Positions 8,032 through 17,707 are shown, numbered from the stretch's first letter. The stretch is DNA of 64,000 nt from Bacteroidota bacterium (GCA_026391455.1 JAPLEH010000041.1:39728-103727); one strand, 5' to 3'. Notes: a model not told the origin generated them from the sequence alone. Program-made: numbers and translations.

Positions 8032-9711
8032 ATGAATCAACCTGCAAAAACCGGCAAACACCCAAGAGCCCTGTTTGCATTGTTCTTCACTGAAATGTGG
8101 GAGCGCTTTGCTTATTACCTGATGGTGGGCATTTTATTTATATATATGACCGACACCACTACGGGAGGTAAAGGATTTTCCGGAAAGATCGGGGCAGACA
8201 TTGTAGGAAGTTTTATTGCGCTGGTTTATCTCACCCCTTTTATCGGAGGATTGATAGCTGACCGTTACCTGGGTTATATTAAATCCATCTTTTTGGGTGG
8301 CACACTAATGGCAGCCGGTTATCTGGGGCTTTCTCTTCCGGGAGATACGGCTATGTTTATATCACTGTCGCTGATCATTGTAGGAAATGGTTTTTTTAAA
8401 CCTAACATTTCTACACTGCTCGGTAATATTTATAACCGGGAAGATCTGAAGCCTTTAAAAGATAATGCCTATAATATTTTTTATATGGGTATCAATATCG
8501 GGGCTTTTATCTGCAATTTCGTTGCTGCTTACCTCCGTAATGCATACGGATGGGGCTATGCGTTTGGCGCAGCAGGAATAGGCCTTGTCATTGGTTTGAT
8601 CATTCTGGCCCTGAACCTGAAGGATAAAAACATCAAAGAGGCTGATGTAAAGAAGCCCGTACAAAAAGAAGACATGTCTATAGCGCAGATATTCGGCGTA
8701 GTGTTTCTCCCTGCCCTTATTGCTGCTGCAATTGGTTGGTTTCTTCCTACCAAGATTTTCGGAGCTGCGATGATGGGAACACAGGCCAACGATGCGTTCA
8801 TATTTGCCTGTTTGCCGGTAATAGCTTTTTATATTTCTCTTTGGGTAAAAGCCAGTGGTCAGGATAAAAAAGGTATCGGTGCCCTGTTATTCATTTTTGC
8901 GATTGCCATCGCCTTCTGGACAATATATAATCAGAATGCAACCGGACTTACCCTATGGGCAGAAAAACATACTGACCGTGTAGCATCTCCCACAACAGCA
9001 AAAATAACCGGGGCACTTTTTCCCATGCAGGAAGTAAGCGCAACGCCAAGGCTTGTAAGCAAACTTGACCCCTATATGCGTGAAGTAAAAGATGACAGTG
9101 GTCATGTAATTCAGGAAATGGGGCCTGATCCGTATTTTGTAAACGTACCTAAGGAACAATGGCCACAGGGTAACAATAGTATAAAACTGACAAACACGGA
9201 ATTATTCCAGTCCATAAACCCATTGTTTATCGTTTTACTTACTTTACTGTTTGTACCATTCTTTAGTTACTTGCGTAAAAAAGGAAAAGAACCGACGACC
9301 ATGTCCAAATTCGGGATGGCCCTATTCATATCGGGACTATCAGCGCTCGTAATGGTGTTTGCAATCATGTCGGTACCATCTATCTATACACATAAAGCAT
9401 CCCCCATATGGCTTTGGCTCACCTACTTTGTATTTACCATCAGTGAAATTTTCCTCAGCCCGATGGGACTTTCTCTTGTTTCGAAACTGTCACCTGCACG
9501 GCTTACTTCACTTATGATGGGTGGATGGTTTCTTTCCACATCCATCGGTGGTAAAGTGGCAGGAGTAATGACCAGTTTCTGGGATGATTTTACCGATAAA
9601 AAAATGTTCTTCCTGATATTAGTAGCTGCAGCCTTTATCGGAGGTATTCTTATTTATTCAAGAATCAAATCCTTGAATAAGATTGTAAAGGACAAAACCG
9701 GCTTTGATTAA
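8032..9711 (+). CDS. POT/PTR2 family proton-dependent di/tripeptide transporter
   Basis: PTR2 signatures FFTEMWERFAYYLM and GNGFFKPNISTLLG. Polytopic, 559 aa. Confidence 0.9.
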   Translation: MNQPAKTGKHPRALFALFFTEMWERFAYYLMVGILFIYMTDTTTGGKGFSGKIGADIVGSFIALVYLTPFIGGLIADRYLGYIKSIFLGGTLMAAGYLGLSLPGDTAMFISLSLIIVGNGFFKPNISTLLGNIYNREDLKPLKDNAYNIFYMGINIGAFICNFVAAYLRNAYGWGYAFGAAGIGLVIGLIILALNLKDKNIKEADVKKPVQKEDMSIAQIFGVVFLPALIAAAIGWFLPTKIFGAAMMGTQANDAFIFACLPVIAFYISLWVKASGQDKKGIGALLFIFAIAIAFWTIYNQNATGLTLWAEKHTDRVASPTTAKITGALFPMQEVSATPRLVSKLDPYMREVKDDSGHVIQEMGPDPYFVNVPKEQWPQGNNSIKLTNTELFQSINPLFIVLLTLLFVPFFSYLRKKGKEPTTMSKFGMALFISGLSALVMVFAIMSVPSIYTHKASPIWLWLTYFVFTISEIFLSPMGLSLVSKLSPARLTSLMMGGWFLSTSIGGKVAGVMTSFWDDFTDKKMFFLILVAAAFIGGILIYSRIKSLNKIVKDKTGFD

Positions 9712-9730
9712 TTTACGATAAACCGTTTTT

Positions 9731-9760
9731 AAAAAAGGTGGCCGTTTAGCCACCTTTTTT
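9731..9760 (+). terminator. Rho-independent terminator after the first POT gene
   Basis: AAAAAAGGTGGC-CGTTTA-GCCACCTTTTTT is a perfect 12-bp stem including the A/T arms, followed by T residues. Confidence 0.8.
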
Positions 9761-9810
9761 ATTTCCACTAACCCCGATTTTATTATCTTACCTCATTAAA
9801 CGATTCTACT

Positions 9811-11451
9811 ATGTGGAAGAAACATCCCCGGGCGCTGCCGTTTTTATTTTTTTCTGAAATGTGGGAACGCTTTGGCTATTACCTCATGATCGGCATATTT
9901 ACCCTCTACCTCAAAGATGCCGCGGGCGGTTTCAACATGGATGAAAAAGAATCTGCCAGCCTCTACGGTACCTTCATTGCCCTTGTTTTTTTCACCCCCT
10001 TTCTTGGCGGACTTATTGCCGACCGCGTACTGGGTTACCGAAGGTCCATCATCTTTGGCGGACTGCTGATGGGCGCCGGCTATTGCGCCATGAGTGTACA
10101 CAGCGAAACGATGCTCTATGTATCGATGGCCTTGGTTATCATCGGAAATGGCTTTTTTAAACCAAATATTTCCACGCTGCTGGGCAATGTATATTCCACT
10201 CCGCAACATATACACCAGAAAGATGAAGGCTACAATATCTTTTATATGGGTATCAATGTAGGTGCCAGTATCTGTAATTTTTTTGGTGCGGCCCTCTATA
10301 CCACGTATGGTTGGGGTGCAGCCTTTATCGCCGCCGGCGTGGGTATGTTTATCGGCGTAATCGTTTTTATCATTGGCACCCATCACTATAAAGCCTTCGA
10401 TGTAAAAAAGCCCATGCAACCGGGAGATATGCCTTTGCCGAAGATCATTGCACTGGTCATCTTGCCATCGGTGGTATTTGGTGTGATCGGCTGGTATATG
10501 AAAGGCAGAAGTGGTTATATCTTCGACTCCAATTCCACCGATGCATTCATCTTTGCCTGTATACCCGTCATCTTATTTTATGTGGCACTCTGGTTTCGCA
10601 GCAATAAAAATGAACGGCCCGCCATGGCTGCCATGCTGGCCATATTCGCCGTGGTGATCTTATTCTGGGCCATCTTCAAACAAAATGGTTCTGCCCTCAA
10701 CACCTGGGCCAGCCGCTATACCGAACGACATGTAAGCGGCACACAGGAAAAAATATTCAGTCAATTGCGCCTCACCGAAACCATTCCCTACAAAATGGAT
10801 TCGGTGACCAAACTCGATGGCCAATTCAGAAAAATAAAAGAAAATGAAAAAGAAGTAAAAGAGATGGGTCATCACCCTTACTTCAAAAATATAGCTCCGG
10901 ATGAAATACCTGTAGAAGGCAGCAGTGTAAAAGCATGGGTGCCAAGTCTCAGTCAATCCATCAACCCCGTATGGGTGATCGTACTCACGCCACTGGTAAT
11001 CGCTTTCTTTACCTGGCTTCGCCGCAAAGGAAAAGAACCTTCCACACCTACCAAGATCGCATTCGGATTACTGATATCCGCCTTATCCGTACTCGTAATG
11101 GTGGCCGCTGTAAAAGTGAGTAATAACGGTGCAGAAAAAGCCAGTGTGTGGTGGCTGATTGGAAGCTATGGCGTGATCACCATCGGCGAATTATTCCTCA
11201 GCCCGATGGGATTATCACTGGTATCCAAACTCAGTCCGGTACGCATTACTTCACTCATGATGGGCGGATGGTTTGTATCCACTTCCATTGGCAATAAACT
11301 CAGCGGCATACTTGCCAGCAAGTGGGATCAATACGACAATAAGGCCAATTACTTCTGGCTCAACTTAATCCTGCTCGGTCTTGCAGCCATATTTTTATTT
11401 GTAATACTCAAATGGCTCAATAAAGTAATGAAGGAGAATGGAGTGAATTGA
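9811..11451 (+). CDS. POT/PTR2 family peptide transporter (tandem paralog)
   Basis: FFSEMWERFGYYLM and GNGFFKPNISTLLG, with the same architecture as the upstream gene. 546 aa. Confidence 0.9.
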   Translation: MWKKHPRALPFLFFSEMWERFGYYLMIGIFTLYLKDAAGGFNMDEKESASLYGTFIALVFFTPFLGGLIADRVLGYRRSIIFGGLLMGAGYCAMSVHSETMLYVSMALVIIGNGFFKPNISTLLGNVYSTPQHIHQKDEGYNIFYMGINVGASICNFFGAALYTTYGWGAAFIAAGVGMFIGVIVFIIGTHHYKAFDVKKPMQPGDMPLPKIIALVILPSVVFGVIGWYMKGRSGYIFDSNSTDAFIFACIPVILFYVALWFRSNKNERPAMAAMLAIFAVVILFWAIFKQNGSALNTWASRYTERHVSGTQEKIFSQLRLTETIPYKMDSVTKLDGQFRKIKENEKEVKEMGHHPYFKNIAPDEIPVEGSSVKAWVPSLSQSINPVWVIVLTPLVIAFFTWLRRKGKEPSTPTKIAFGLLISALSVLVMVAAVKVSNNGAEKASVWWLIGSYGVITIGELFLSPMGLSLVSKLSPVRITSLMMGGWFVSTSIGNKLSGILASKWDQYDNKANYFWLNLILLGLAAIFLFVILKWLNKVMKENGVN

Positions 11452-11499
11452 TGTACGATGTGAGATGTACGGTGTGCGATGTACGATGTACGATGTTTT
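11451..11499. repeat. Heptamer tandem array (ATGTACG-like x7)
   Basis: The units are atgtacg atgtgag atgtacg gtgtgcg atgtacg atgtacg atgtttt. The array starts at the last base of the POT2 stop codon. Confidence 0.85.
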
Positions 11500-11508
11500 G
11501 GATTTTCG

Positions 11509-11526
11509 ACCCGATAGCTATCGGGT
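11509..11526. repeat. 18-bp perfect palindrome ACCCGATAGCTATCGGGT
   Basis: Read directly. It sits between the heptamer array and the octamer array. Confidence 0.9.
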
Positions 11527-11551
11527 GCCGGTTTTCTACAGAACGTCCCAA

Positions 11552-11648
11552 CTTTCGGTCTTTCCGACTTTCCGGACTTTCGGACTTCCCGTCTTTCCGT
11601 CTTCCCGACTTTCGGACTTTCCGTCTTCCCGACTTTCGGTCTTTCTCT
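11552..11648. repeat. Octamer tandem array (CTTYCSGW x12, pyrimidine-rich on the + strand)
   Basis: The units are ctttcggt ctttccga ctttccgga ctttcgga cttcccgt ctttccgt cttcccga ctttcgga ctttccgt cttcccga ctttcggt ctttctct. The array ends 38 bp before the OPT start codon. Confidence 0.85.
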
Positions 11649-11685
11649 CCGTTTTTCTTATCTTCCCTTAACTAAACCAACCGCT

Positions 11686-13752
11686 ATGGCTGAAACTACC
11701 AAGTTCAAACCTTTTGTGAGCCCGGAAACCAATATGGCTGAGTTCACACTCAAGTCAATTCTTACGGGAGCTGCTTTTGGAATCATCTTCGGCGCTTCCA
11801 CTGTTTATCTTGCCCTGAAAGCGGGGTTAACGGTTTCCGCCTCCATCCCCATTGCTGTGCTTGCCATCACATTAGGTCGAAAATTTTTAAAGACGACGAT
11901 CCTGGAGAATAATATAATTCAGACCACGGGCAGTGCTGGTGAAAGCATTGCAGCCGGAGTGGTATTCACCCTTCCGGGTTTTTTATTCCTGAGTGAATCC
12001 AGCAGTGCTAATTTCTTCAACTATTTTACCATCCTGATCCTTGCCATTTTCGGCGGCATACTCGGTACCCTGATGATGATTCCGCTTCGCCGTTCATTGA
12101 TCGTAAAAGAGCATGAGACATTGCCCTACCCGGAAGGTACAGCCTGTGCCTCCGTATTAAAAGCCGGTGAGAAAGGAGGCGATTTTGCTAAAACAGCATT
12201 CATGGGTCTTGGTTTTGCATTTGCCTATGCATTGCTTCAAAAGATTTTCCATGTCATAAAGGAAGCCCCGGCATTTTTTACCAATCAGGCCAACAAAGTA
12301 TTTCCTTCTGCTCGAATCAGTGGTGAAATAACGCCAGAATATATGGGAGTCGGTTATATCATCGGACCGCGAATCGCAGGTGTATTGGTAGCTGGTGGTG
12401 TGCTCAGTTGGTTTGTATTTATCCCATTGCTGGCAAGTCTGCTGAACGATAACGGAACAATCATTGCCGCACAACTGGTAAAATTGGGTTATCTCAAAGA
12501 TGTAAATACGGCGGGCGGACCCGGGGAATGGGACCCGGTTACGCATAGTTTTGGAGACTGGTCTGCCGCTATTTACCGTGCTTATATCCGTCAAATCGGT
12601 GCAGGTGCAGTTGCCGCGGGTGGGTTTATTACACTCATAAAAACGATTCCCACGATCATTTCTTCCTTCAAAGGCAGTATTGGTTCATTGAAAAAAGATG
12701 GTGGTGCAACAGCCACGCAGGTGCCGCGCACAGAAAGAGATCTTTCTATCAAAGTGGTGGGAATAGGCAGCCTGGTATTGCTTGCTGTGATCGCGCTGAT
12801 GCCAGACGATCTTATCCCCGGTTCGAATATTGGCAGTAAACTGCTGCTTGGCTTACTGGTTATCATATTCGGCGCTTTCTTTGTTACGGTTTCATCCCGT
12901 ATCGTGGGTCTGATCGGCTCATCCAATAACCCGATCAGTGGTATGACCATTGCCACGCTGATGGGTACCTGCCTGATCTTTATCGCAGTAAAATGGACCG
13001 GCCATTTTTACGAACCAATGGCACTGGTAGTAGGCGGTATGATTTGTATTGCTGCCGCAAATGCCGGGGCTACATCACAGGATCTTAAAACAGGTTATCT
13101 GGTTGGTGCAACTCCCAAATACCAGCAGATTGCATTATTTGTAGGTGCTATCGTATCATCGATTGCAATAGGCGCCACTATCAAAATTCTTGATACACCC
13201 ACCGCTGCGATGGCTGCACAAAATATCAAACATGCCATTGGTACTGATCTTTATCCTGCACCACAGGGAACACTGATGGCCACATTGATAAAAGGTATCT
13301 TATCCTTCAATCTCGACTGGCAGTTCGTATTAGTAGGTGTATTCATTGCCATTGTGATGGAGCTTTGTGGTATTAAAGCGCTCAGTTTTGCAATAGGTAT
13401 TTATCTGCCTCTTTCGACCACATTCCCCATTTTTGTAGGAGGCGCGATAAGAGGATTAGTAGAGTGGAGGCAAAAAAAGAAAAACATCAAAGTATCAGCT
13501 GAAGAAGAAGATCTCGGCAAAGGAAATCTGTTTGCAACCGGTCTGGTGGCAGGAGGCGCCCTTGCAGGTGTGCTTGTTGCCATCCTTTCAGCTGTACCCA
13601 GTATCAGTAATAACCTTGGAAAAGTGAATGCCGAACACGACCTTTCGAAAAGTATGGGTGAAAGCGGTTACCAATGGCTGGGAGTTGCATTTTTCGCACT
13701 CATGGGCTTCATCCTATATAAAATAGCTACTAAAAAATCAAAGGAAGCATAA
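11686..13752 (+). CDS. OPT family oligopeptide transporter
   Basis: 688-aa polytopic protein with an OPT-like N-terminus (FTLKSILTGAAFGIIFGASTVYLALKAGLTVSASIP), PYPEGTACA and NPISGMTIAT motifs. Confidence 0.9.
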   Translation: MAETTKFKPFVSPETNMAEFTLKSILTGAAFGIIFGASTVYLALKAGLTVSASIPIAVLAITLGRKFLKTTILENNIIQTTGSAGESIAAGVVFTLPGFLFLSESSSANFFNYFTILILAIFGGILGTLMMIPLRRSLIVKEHETLPYPEGTACASVLKAGEKGGDFAKTAFMGLGFAFAYALLQKIFHVIKEAPAFFTNQANKVFPSARISGEITPEYMGVGYIIGPRIAGVLVAGGVLSWFVFIPLLASLLNDNGTIIAAQLVKLGYLKDVNTAGGPGEWDPVTHSFGDWSAAIYRAYIRQIGAGAVAAGGFITLIKTIPTIISSFKGSIGSLKKDGGATATQVPRTERDLSIKVVGIGSLVLLAVIALMPDDLIPGSNIGSKLLLGLLVIIFGAFFVTVSSRIVGLIGSSNNPISGMTIATLMGTCLIFIAVKWTGHFYEPMALVVGGMICIAAANAGATSQDLKTGYLVGATPKYQQIALFVGAIVSSIAIGATIKILDTPTAAMAAQNIKHAIGTDLYPAPQGTLMATLIKGILSFNLDWQFVLVGVFIAIVMELCGIKALSFAIGIYLPLSTTFPIFVGGAIRGLVEWRQKKKNIKVSAEEEDLGKGNLFATGLVAGGALAGVLVAILSAVPSISNNLGKVNAEHDLSKSMGESGYQWLGVAFFALMGFILYKIATKKSKEA

Positions 13753-13766
13753 TACCCCCATAATCA

Positions 13767-14768
13767 ATGATGCGCAAACCCCTCATACTGGCAGCGTTTT
13801 TCCTGATATCTGCCAGCGGATACCCCTGCGGCAATTCGTATCACCGGTCGGAAAATGCCGAAGAATATGTGGCCGGTAATAAACTGGAAACATTCCGTTT
13901 CAAACGCTCCTACAATCAAGCTGCATTGATGACAGATCTCACCCGTATCACCGACGAGATCAATGCACGACTCGAACTATTTGAAAATGAAAATGACCAG
14001 GCACTCACCTATATGCGTATGGGACGATATGACGAAGCGCTGATCCTACTGCAAAAACTCGAAAAGGAAAAACCGGATGAATACAATGTAGTCGCCAATC
14101 TCGGCACCCTGTATGAACTCACCGGTGAAAATGAAAAAGCCCTTTCATACATTAAAAAAGCCGTTGCCCTCAATGCACAATCACACCGGGGCAGCGAGTG
14201 GGTACATATAAAAATACTGGAAGCTAAACTGCTGCAGAAAGATGCGGCATGGTGGAAAACACACCCGGTGCTATCCATTTCAACGACATCTAAAACACCT
14301 GAAACCATCATCAATGACATCACCTACCAGTTAAAAGAGCGGTTACCTTTTACACCCAAACCCGACCTGCTTACAGCGGCTGTGCTCAATGAAACCGGAG
14401 ACTATCTCGTACAACAACAAAAACACGAACAAGCCTGGATCATTTATAAAATCGGTGATGAATATGACAATGAAAAAGTCTTTGGCCTTGCTGAAAAACT
14501 GCAGCGGGAGGAAACCTATTTAGATAAAAATAAAATTCCGCTCCCTGAATATGAGATGCATTTTACACACAACGAAAACCTGATCCAAACCGGAGCCAAT
14601 CTGCTGGAAAAGGGATTGGGTATGTACAATCGCTACCAGGAAAAAGAAAGAGAGAAAGCCCAGGCCGCGCGTAGAGAAAAAAACATGTATTACGGAATTG
14701 CCGGAGCATTGGCACTACTGGCTATTATATTGCTTTATTTCAATTTTCGTAAAAAGAAAGCAGCCTGA
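13767..14768 (+). CDS. TPR-repeat protein with an N-terminal signal peptide and a C-terminal TM anchor
   Basis: Signal MMRKPLILAAFFLISASG. TPR-like helices (YMRMGRYDEALILLQKL, LGTLYELTGENEKALSYIKKAVAL). C-terminal YYGIAGALALLAIILLYFNFRKKK. Starts 14 bp after the OPT stop. Confidence 0.7.
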   Translation: MMRKPLILAAFFLISASGYPCGNSYHRSENAEEYVAGNKLETFRFKRSYNQAALMTDLTRITDEINARLELFENENDQALTYMRMGRYDEALILLQKLEKEKPDEYNVVANLGTLYELTGENEKALSYIKKAVALNAQSHRGSEWVHIKILEAKLLQKDAAWWKTHPVLSISTTSKTPETIINDITYQLKERLPFTPKPDLLTAAVLNETGDYLVQQQKHEQAWIIYKIGDEYDNEKVFGLAEKLQREETYLDKNKIPLPEYEMHFTHNENLIQTGANLLEKGLGMYNRYQEKEREKAQAARREKNMYYGIAGALALLAIILLYFNFRKKKAA

Positions 14769-14788
14769 CCCTCCTGCTATATTGCATT

Positions 14789-14821
14789 AAAAGGGCTACG
14801 GAATAACTGCGAAGCCCTTTT
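14789..14821. terminator. Bidirectional terminator hairpin between convergent genes
   Basis: AAAAGGGCT...AGCCCTTTT is a 9-bp stem with A-run and T-run flanks. It lies between the TPR gene (+) and the DUF1501 gene (-). Confidence 0.6.
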
Positions 14822-14837
14822 CTCTTTGTATATATTT

Positions 14838-16037
14838 TCAGATAAAATTCAAATACTCATATTGTTTTGTAAGGATCGCCCTGTCATCGGCTTTCAGCCA
14901 TTTGTTCAGCACAGTGGCATATACGTTTTTGAAATCCACTTTGTATTTCAAATCCCCTTCCGTCAGATCCGACAGATCTGGCATTGCATTCAGCACGCCT
15001 TTCTGACGAAGACCACCACTCACCAGAAACATATTATTGGCCGTACCATGGTCGGTACCGCCACTGGCATTCTGCTCCACCCTTCTGCCAAATTCTGAAA
15101 AAGAAAACAACAACACATCTTCAAACCGGTGTTGTGCCTTCAGGTCTTTTACAAATGCTTTTACGGCATCGTTCATTTCAGTAAACAGGCGCTGCTGCTG
15201 TGCATCCTGATTAATATGTGTATCGAAGCTTCCCAACGATACATAATACACTTTTGTATTGATCTCAGAAAAAATAAGAGAAGCAATGGTCTTCAGGCTG
15301 CGCCCCAATTCGGTAGCCGGATATTCCGCATTGGTAGGATGCAGTTTGCTCTGTTGAAAAATATAATCTGCTGAAGAAAGGGTTTCCGCCATGGTTTTAT
15401 ATAAATAATCCACCGGCTGATCCCCGGATTCATCTTTATGATTTTTCAATACATCGCGGAAAAATTTTTCATTGGCAGTGCCATAAAGCCTGCGCGGGTC
15501 TTTTACTGCTATGCCCTTCACCTGTTCTCCTTTGAGTGAAAGACTAAGTACATCATCGATTTCAATCGCCTGGGTGGGCTTATCGCAGCCCTTGCATTGC
15601 GCATCGAGATAGCGGCCGATCCAGCCATTGGTCCAGTATTCGTTGCTCTGACTCGCCGTATGCCAGATATCCATACTGCGGAAGTGAGAACGATCCGGAT
15701 TCGGATAACCCACACTGTTCAGTATGCCCAGACTGCCATCATCATACAATTCTTTAAAGGCGGTCAGTGCCGGATGCAATCCTGTTTCATCGGTCAGCAG
15801 CAGCGACTTATCTTTTGCAATTCCTAATTTGGGTCTGGCTTTATAATACAGATCATTGCGCACCGGTATTACCGTATTCAACCCGTCATTACCACCACCT
15901 AGCTGCAGTATCACCACCACTTTATTGCCCGATGGCACAAAGGCCCTTCCTTCAAATGCCTTTAGGAATTTGGGCATCATCATGGCTGCGGTGGCCAGTG
16001 AACCGATCTGAATGAATTTCTTTCTTTTTATCAGCAT
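14838..16037 (-). CDS. DUF1501 domain protein (sulfatase/alkaline-phosphatase-like fold)
   Basis: Typical DUF1501 features: N-terminal MLIKRKKFIQIGSLATAAMMMPKFLKAF, LQLGGGNDGLNTV, SLGSFDTH and GGTDHGT. The longest ORF extends to 16124, but the Met at 16037 fits the family N-terminus. Confidence 0.8.
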   Translation of the reverse strand: MLIKRKKFIQIGSLATAAMMMPKFLKAFEGRAFVPSGNKVVVILQLGGGNDGLNTVIPVRNDLYYKARPKLGIAKDKSLLLTDETGLHPALTAFKELYDDGSLGILNSVGYPNPDRSHFRSMDIWHTASQSNEYWTNGWIGRYLDAQCKGCDKPTQAIEIDDVLSLSLKGEQVKGIAVKDPRRLYGTANEKFFRDVLKNHKDESGDQPVDYLYKTMAETLSSADYIFQQSKLHPTNAEYPATELGRSLKTIASLIFSEINTKVYYVSLGSFDTHINQDAQQQRLFTEMNDAVKAFVKDLKAQHRFEDVLLFSFSEFGRRVEQNASGGTDHGTANNMFLVSGGLRQKGVLNAMPDLSDLTEGDLKYKVDFKNVYATVLNKWLKADDRAILTKQYEYLNFI

Positions 16038-16117
16038 AATGTTAATTGTTCGTTTTGAATTAATGATCATTCGTATCCTGGTCATGTGAAATATATGGCC
16101 GGTAGCGGCCCGAATAC

Positions 16118-17605
16118 TCAGCACAACTGGTACTCCGGTGTACTCATGATCTGAATAGTAGCCGTTTTAATAAAAATATCCCGGCCCGACTGATCTGCAT
16201 ACTGCTTAATGAGATCCATACTCACACCCGGCTTTACCTGCAATAAGATTTTTGCCATTGTATCAGCCAGGTTCTCCCTCGGGGTGCTTTCATAAAATTT
16301 CACATACCCGCTCCAATCCACATCTGCATTCACCTGTTGACGGGGCCTGGCATTCATACCGGTGGATTTGAGCCCTCCGTTTTTGGTGACTTTCATAGCC
16401 AGTTCACCATTCTTCATTCCCATCATGGTATCGTCGTCATCTTTGGCAGACACATTCATTTCATCGGTATCATTGATCAGTCGTGGTATGCGCATCCGCA
16501 TCATCAATGTGGAGCTGTCGATCCAGGATTTTCCACCGGGCCAGCCAGCTACATTTGGCGGATAAAATAATAATTGGCCCAGTACCCGTTGCAACAGCAT
16601 CAGGGCTTCTTCATTCTCCAGCTTCATGGGGAGCATACGTTGAATACCAACGAGCAATTCCACTGGTGATTTAATTTTTGCACCGATATTTATTTCATCA
16701 TAAAACCATTCGCTGGTAAAAATATCTTCCATCAATTTGCTGATCTCGTACCCACTTTTATAAAACCGGTCGGCCAGCCAGTTTATTTTTTCTGTATCAG
16801 GCGTATCGTTCACAAAGAACTTGTAAATCTTTTGGGTAATATAAAGGGCCGTTTGTTTTTCTTCCAGTAAAATATCCAGTACATCACTGCCGTCAAAATT
16901 GCCGGTGCGTCCTAATACCGTTTTACTTTCATCATCATGCTGAAAACGGCGAAATATAAAATCGCCCCGCAGGTTGGCCGCCCATCCGGTGAATGCCCGG
17001 GCTGCTTCTTTAATATCATTCTCCGTGTAGTGTCCTCTTCCCAGCGTAAACAATTCCATTACCTCCCTGGCAAAATTCTCATTGGGATGGTCTTTCCGGT
17101 TTTGCTGGTTGTTTAAAAAATTAAGCATCGCCGCCGACTTCGATACCTCTTTGAGCATAGTGCCGAAATTGCCTAATGCATTTCTTCGTAATACATCGAG
17201 CAATCCCTGCTGGTAAAACACATTGAGGTTGCGACAAGCAAAATGTCCGTGCCAGAAAAAGGCCATCTTCTCGCGAAACTGTGTTGCCGAATTCACCATT
17301 TCATGCATCCAATACATGTTCAGGTTGCGCACACCTTCCCGGTTCTTTTGCTGGGCCTTTTTCTTATCGGCTTCCGGCAATTCCTTTCGTTGCTGCCGTC
17401 CGATCTCTTCAGCTCCCATGAACAGTCCTTTCAGGTAATCATCGGCCACATCAATATATTCCGGTTTTTTCTCCGATGCTTTTACGAGGGCCTTATAGAA
17501 TTGTTTAGGGGTGTAGGCAGACAAATCTGGTAATTGTTCTACAGCAGGGCCAAATCCGGCCCTCCACATCAGGTGTTGATTCTTGAGCTGGTTACTCAAA
17601 GCCAT
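16118..17605 (-). CDS. DUF1800 domain protein
   Basis: HLMWRAGFGP N-terminus, FWHGHFA, NENFAREVMELFTLGRGHYTE and YPPNVAGWPGG match the DUF1800 pattern as I recall it. It lies directly upstream of the DUF1501 gene. Confidence 0.85.
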   Translation of the reverse strand: MALSNQLKNQHLMWRAGFGPAVEQLPDLSAYTPKQFYKALVKASEKKPEYIDVADDYLKGLFMGAEEIGRQQRKELPEADKKKAQQKNREGVRNLNMYWMHEMVNSATQFREKMAFFWHGHFACRNLNVFYQQGLLDVLRRNALGNFGTMLKEVSKSAAMLNFLNNQQNRKDHPNENFAREVMELFTLGRGHYTENDIKEAARAFTGWAANLRGDFIFRRFQHDDESKTVLGRTGNFDGSDVLDILLEEKQTALYITQKIYKFFVNDTPDTEKINWLADRFYKSGYEISKLMEDIFTSEWFYDEINIGAKIKSPVELLVGIQRMLPMKLENEEALMLLQRVLGQLLFYPPNVAGWPGGKSWIDSSTLMMRMRIPRLINDTDEMNVSAKDDDDTMMGMKNGELAMKVTKNGGLKSTGMNARPRQQVNADVDWSGYVKFYESTPRENLADTMAKILLQVKPGVSMDLIKQYADQSGRDIFIKTATIQIMSTPEYQLC

Positions 17606-17699
17606 GAGGAAATATTTAAGGTTCAGACTGGTTGAATACGGGTTCGTTTAACCCAAAACCGTGCAAAACAATAAAACGACGAAAACAATTGGTTATTTT

Positions 17700-17707
17700 T
17701 AACTTTG
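17700..17707 (+). promoter_or_regulatory. Candidate Bacteroidota -7 promoter box TAACTTTG
   Basis: Matches TAnnTTTG, 20 nt upstream of the alkB-like ATG. Confidence 0.4.

Noticed and set aside
11448-11675. Two overlapping ORFs (75 and 68 aa) reading MMYDVRCTVCDVRCT... and ...FRLPDFRTFRLPDFRSF
   Set aside because: They are translations of the heptamer and octamer tandem arrays. The periodic peptide is a by-product of the DNA repeat. They are open in two frames at once.
16037-16124. 7-nt overlap between the DUF1800 stop and the longest DUF1501 ORF as evidence of translational coupling
   Set aside because: The extended N-terminus (MLSIRAATGHIFHMTRIRMIINSKRTINI) precedes the family-typical signal sequence and looks like non-coding read-in. 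The start at 16037 is more plausible, so the overlap is probably not real.
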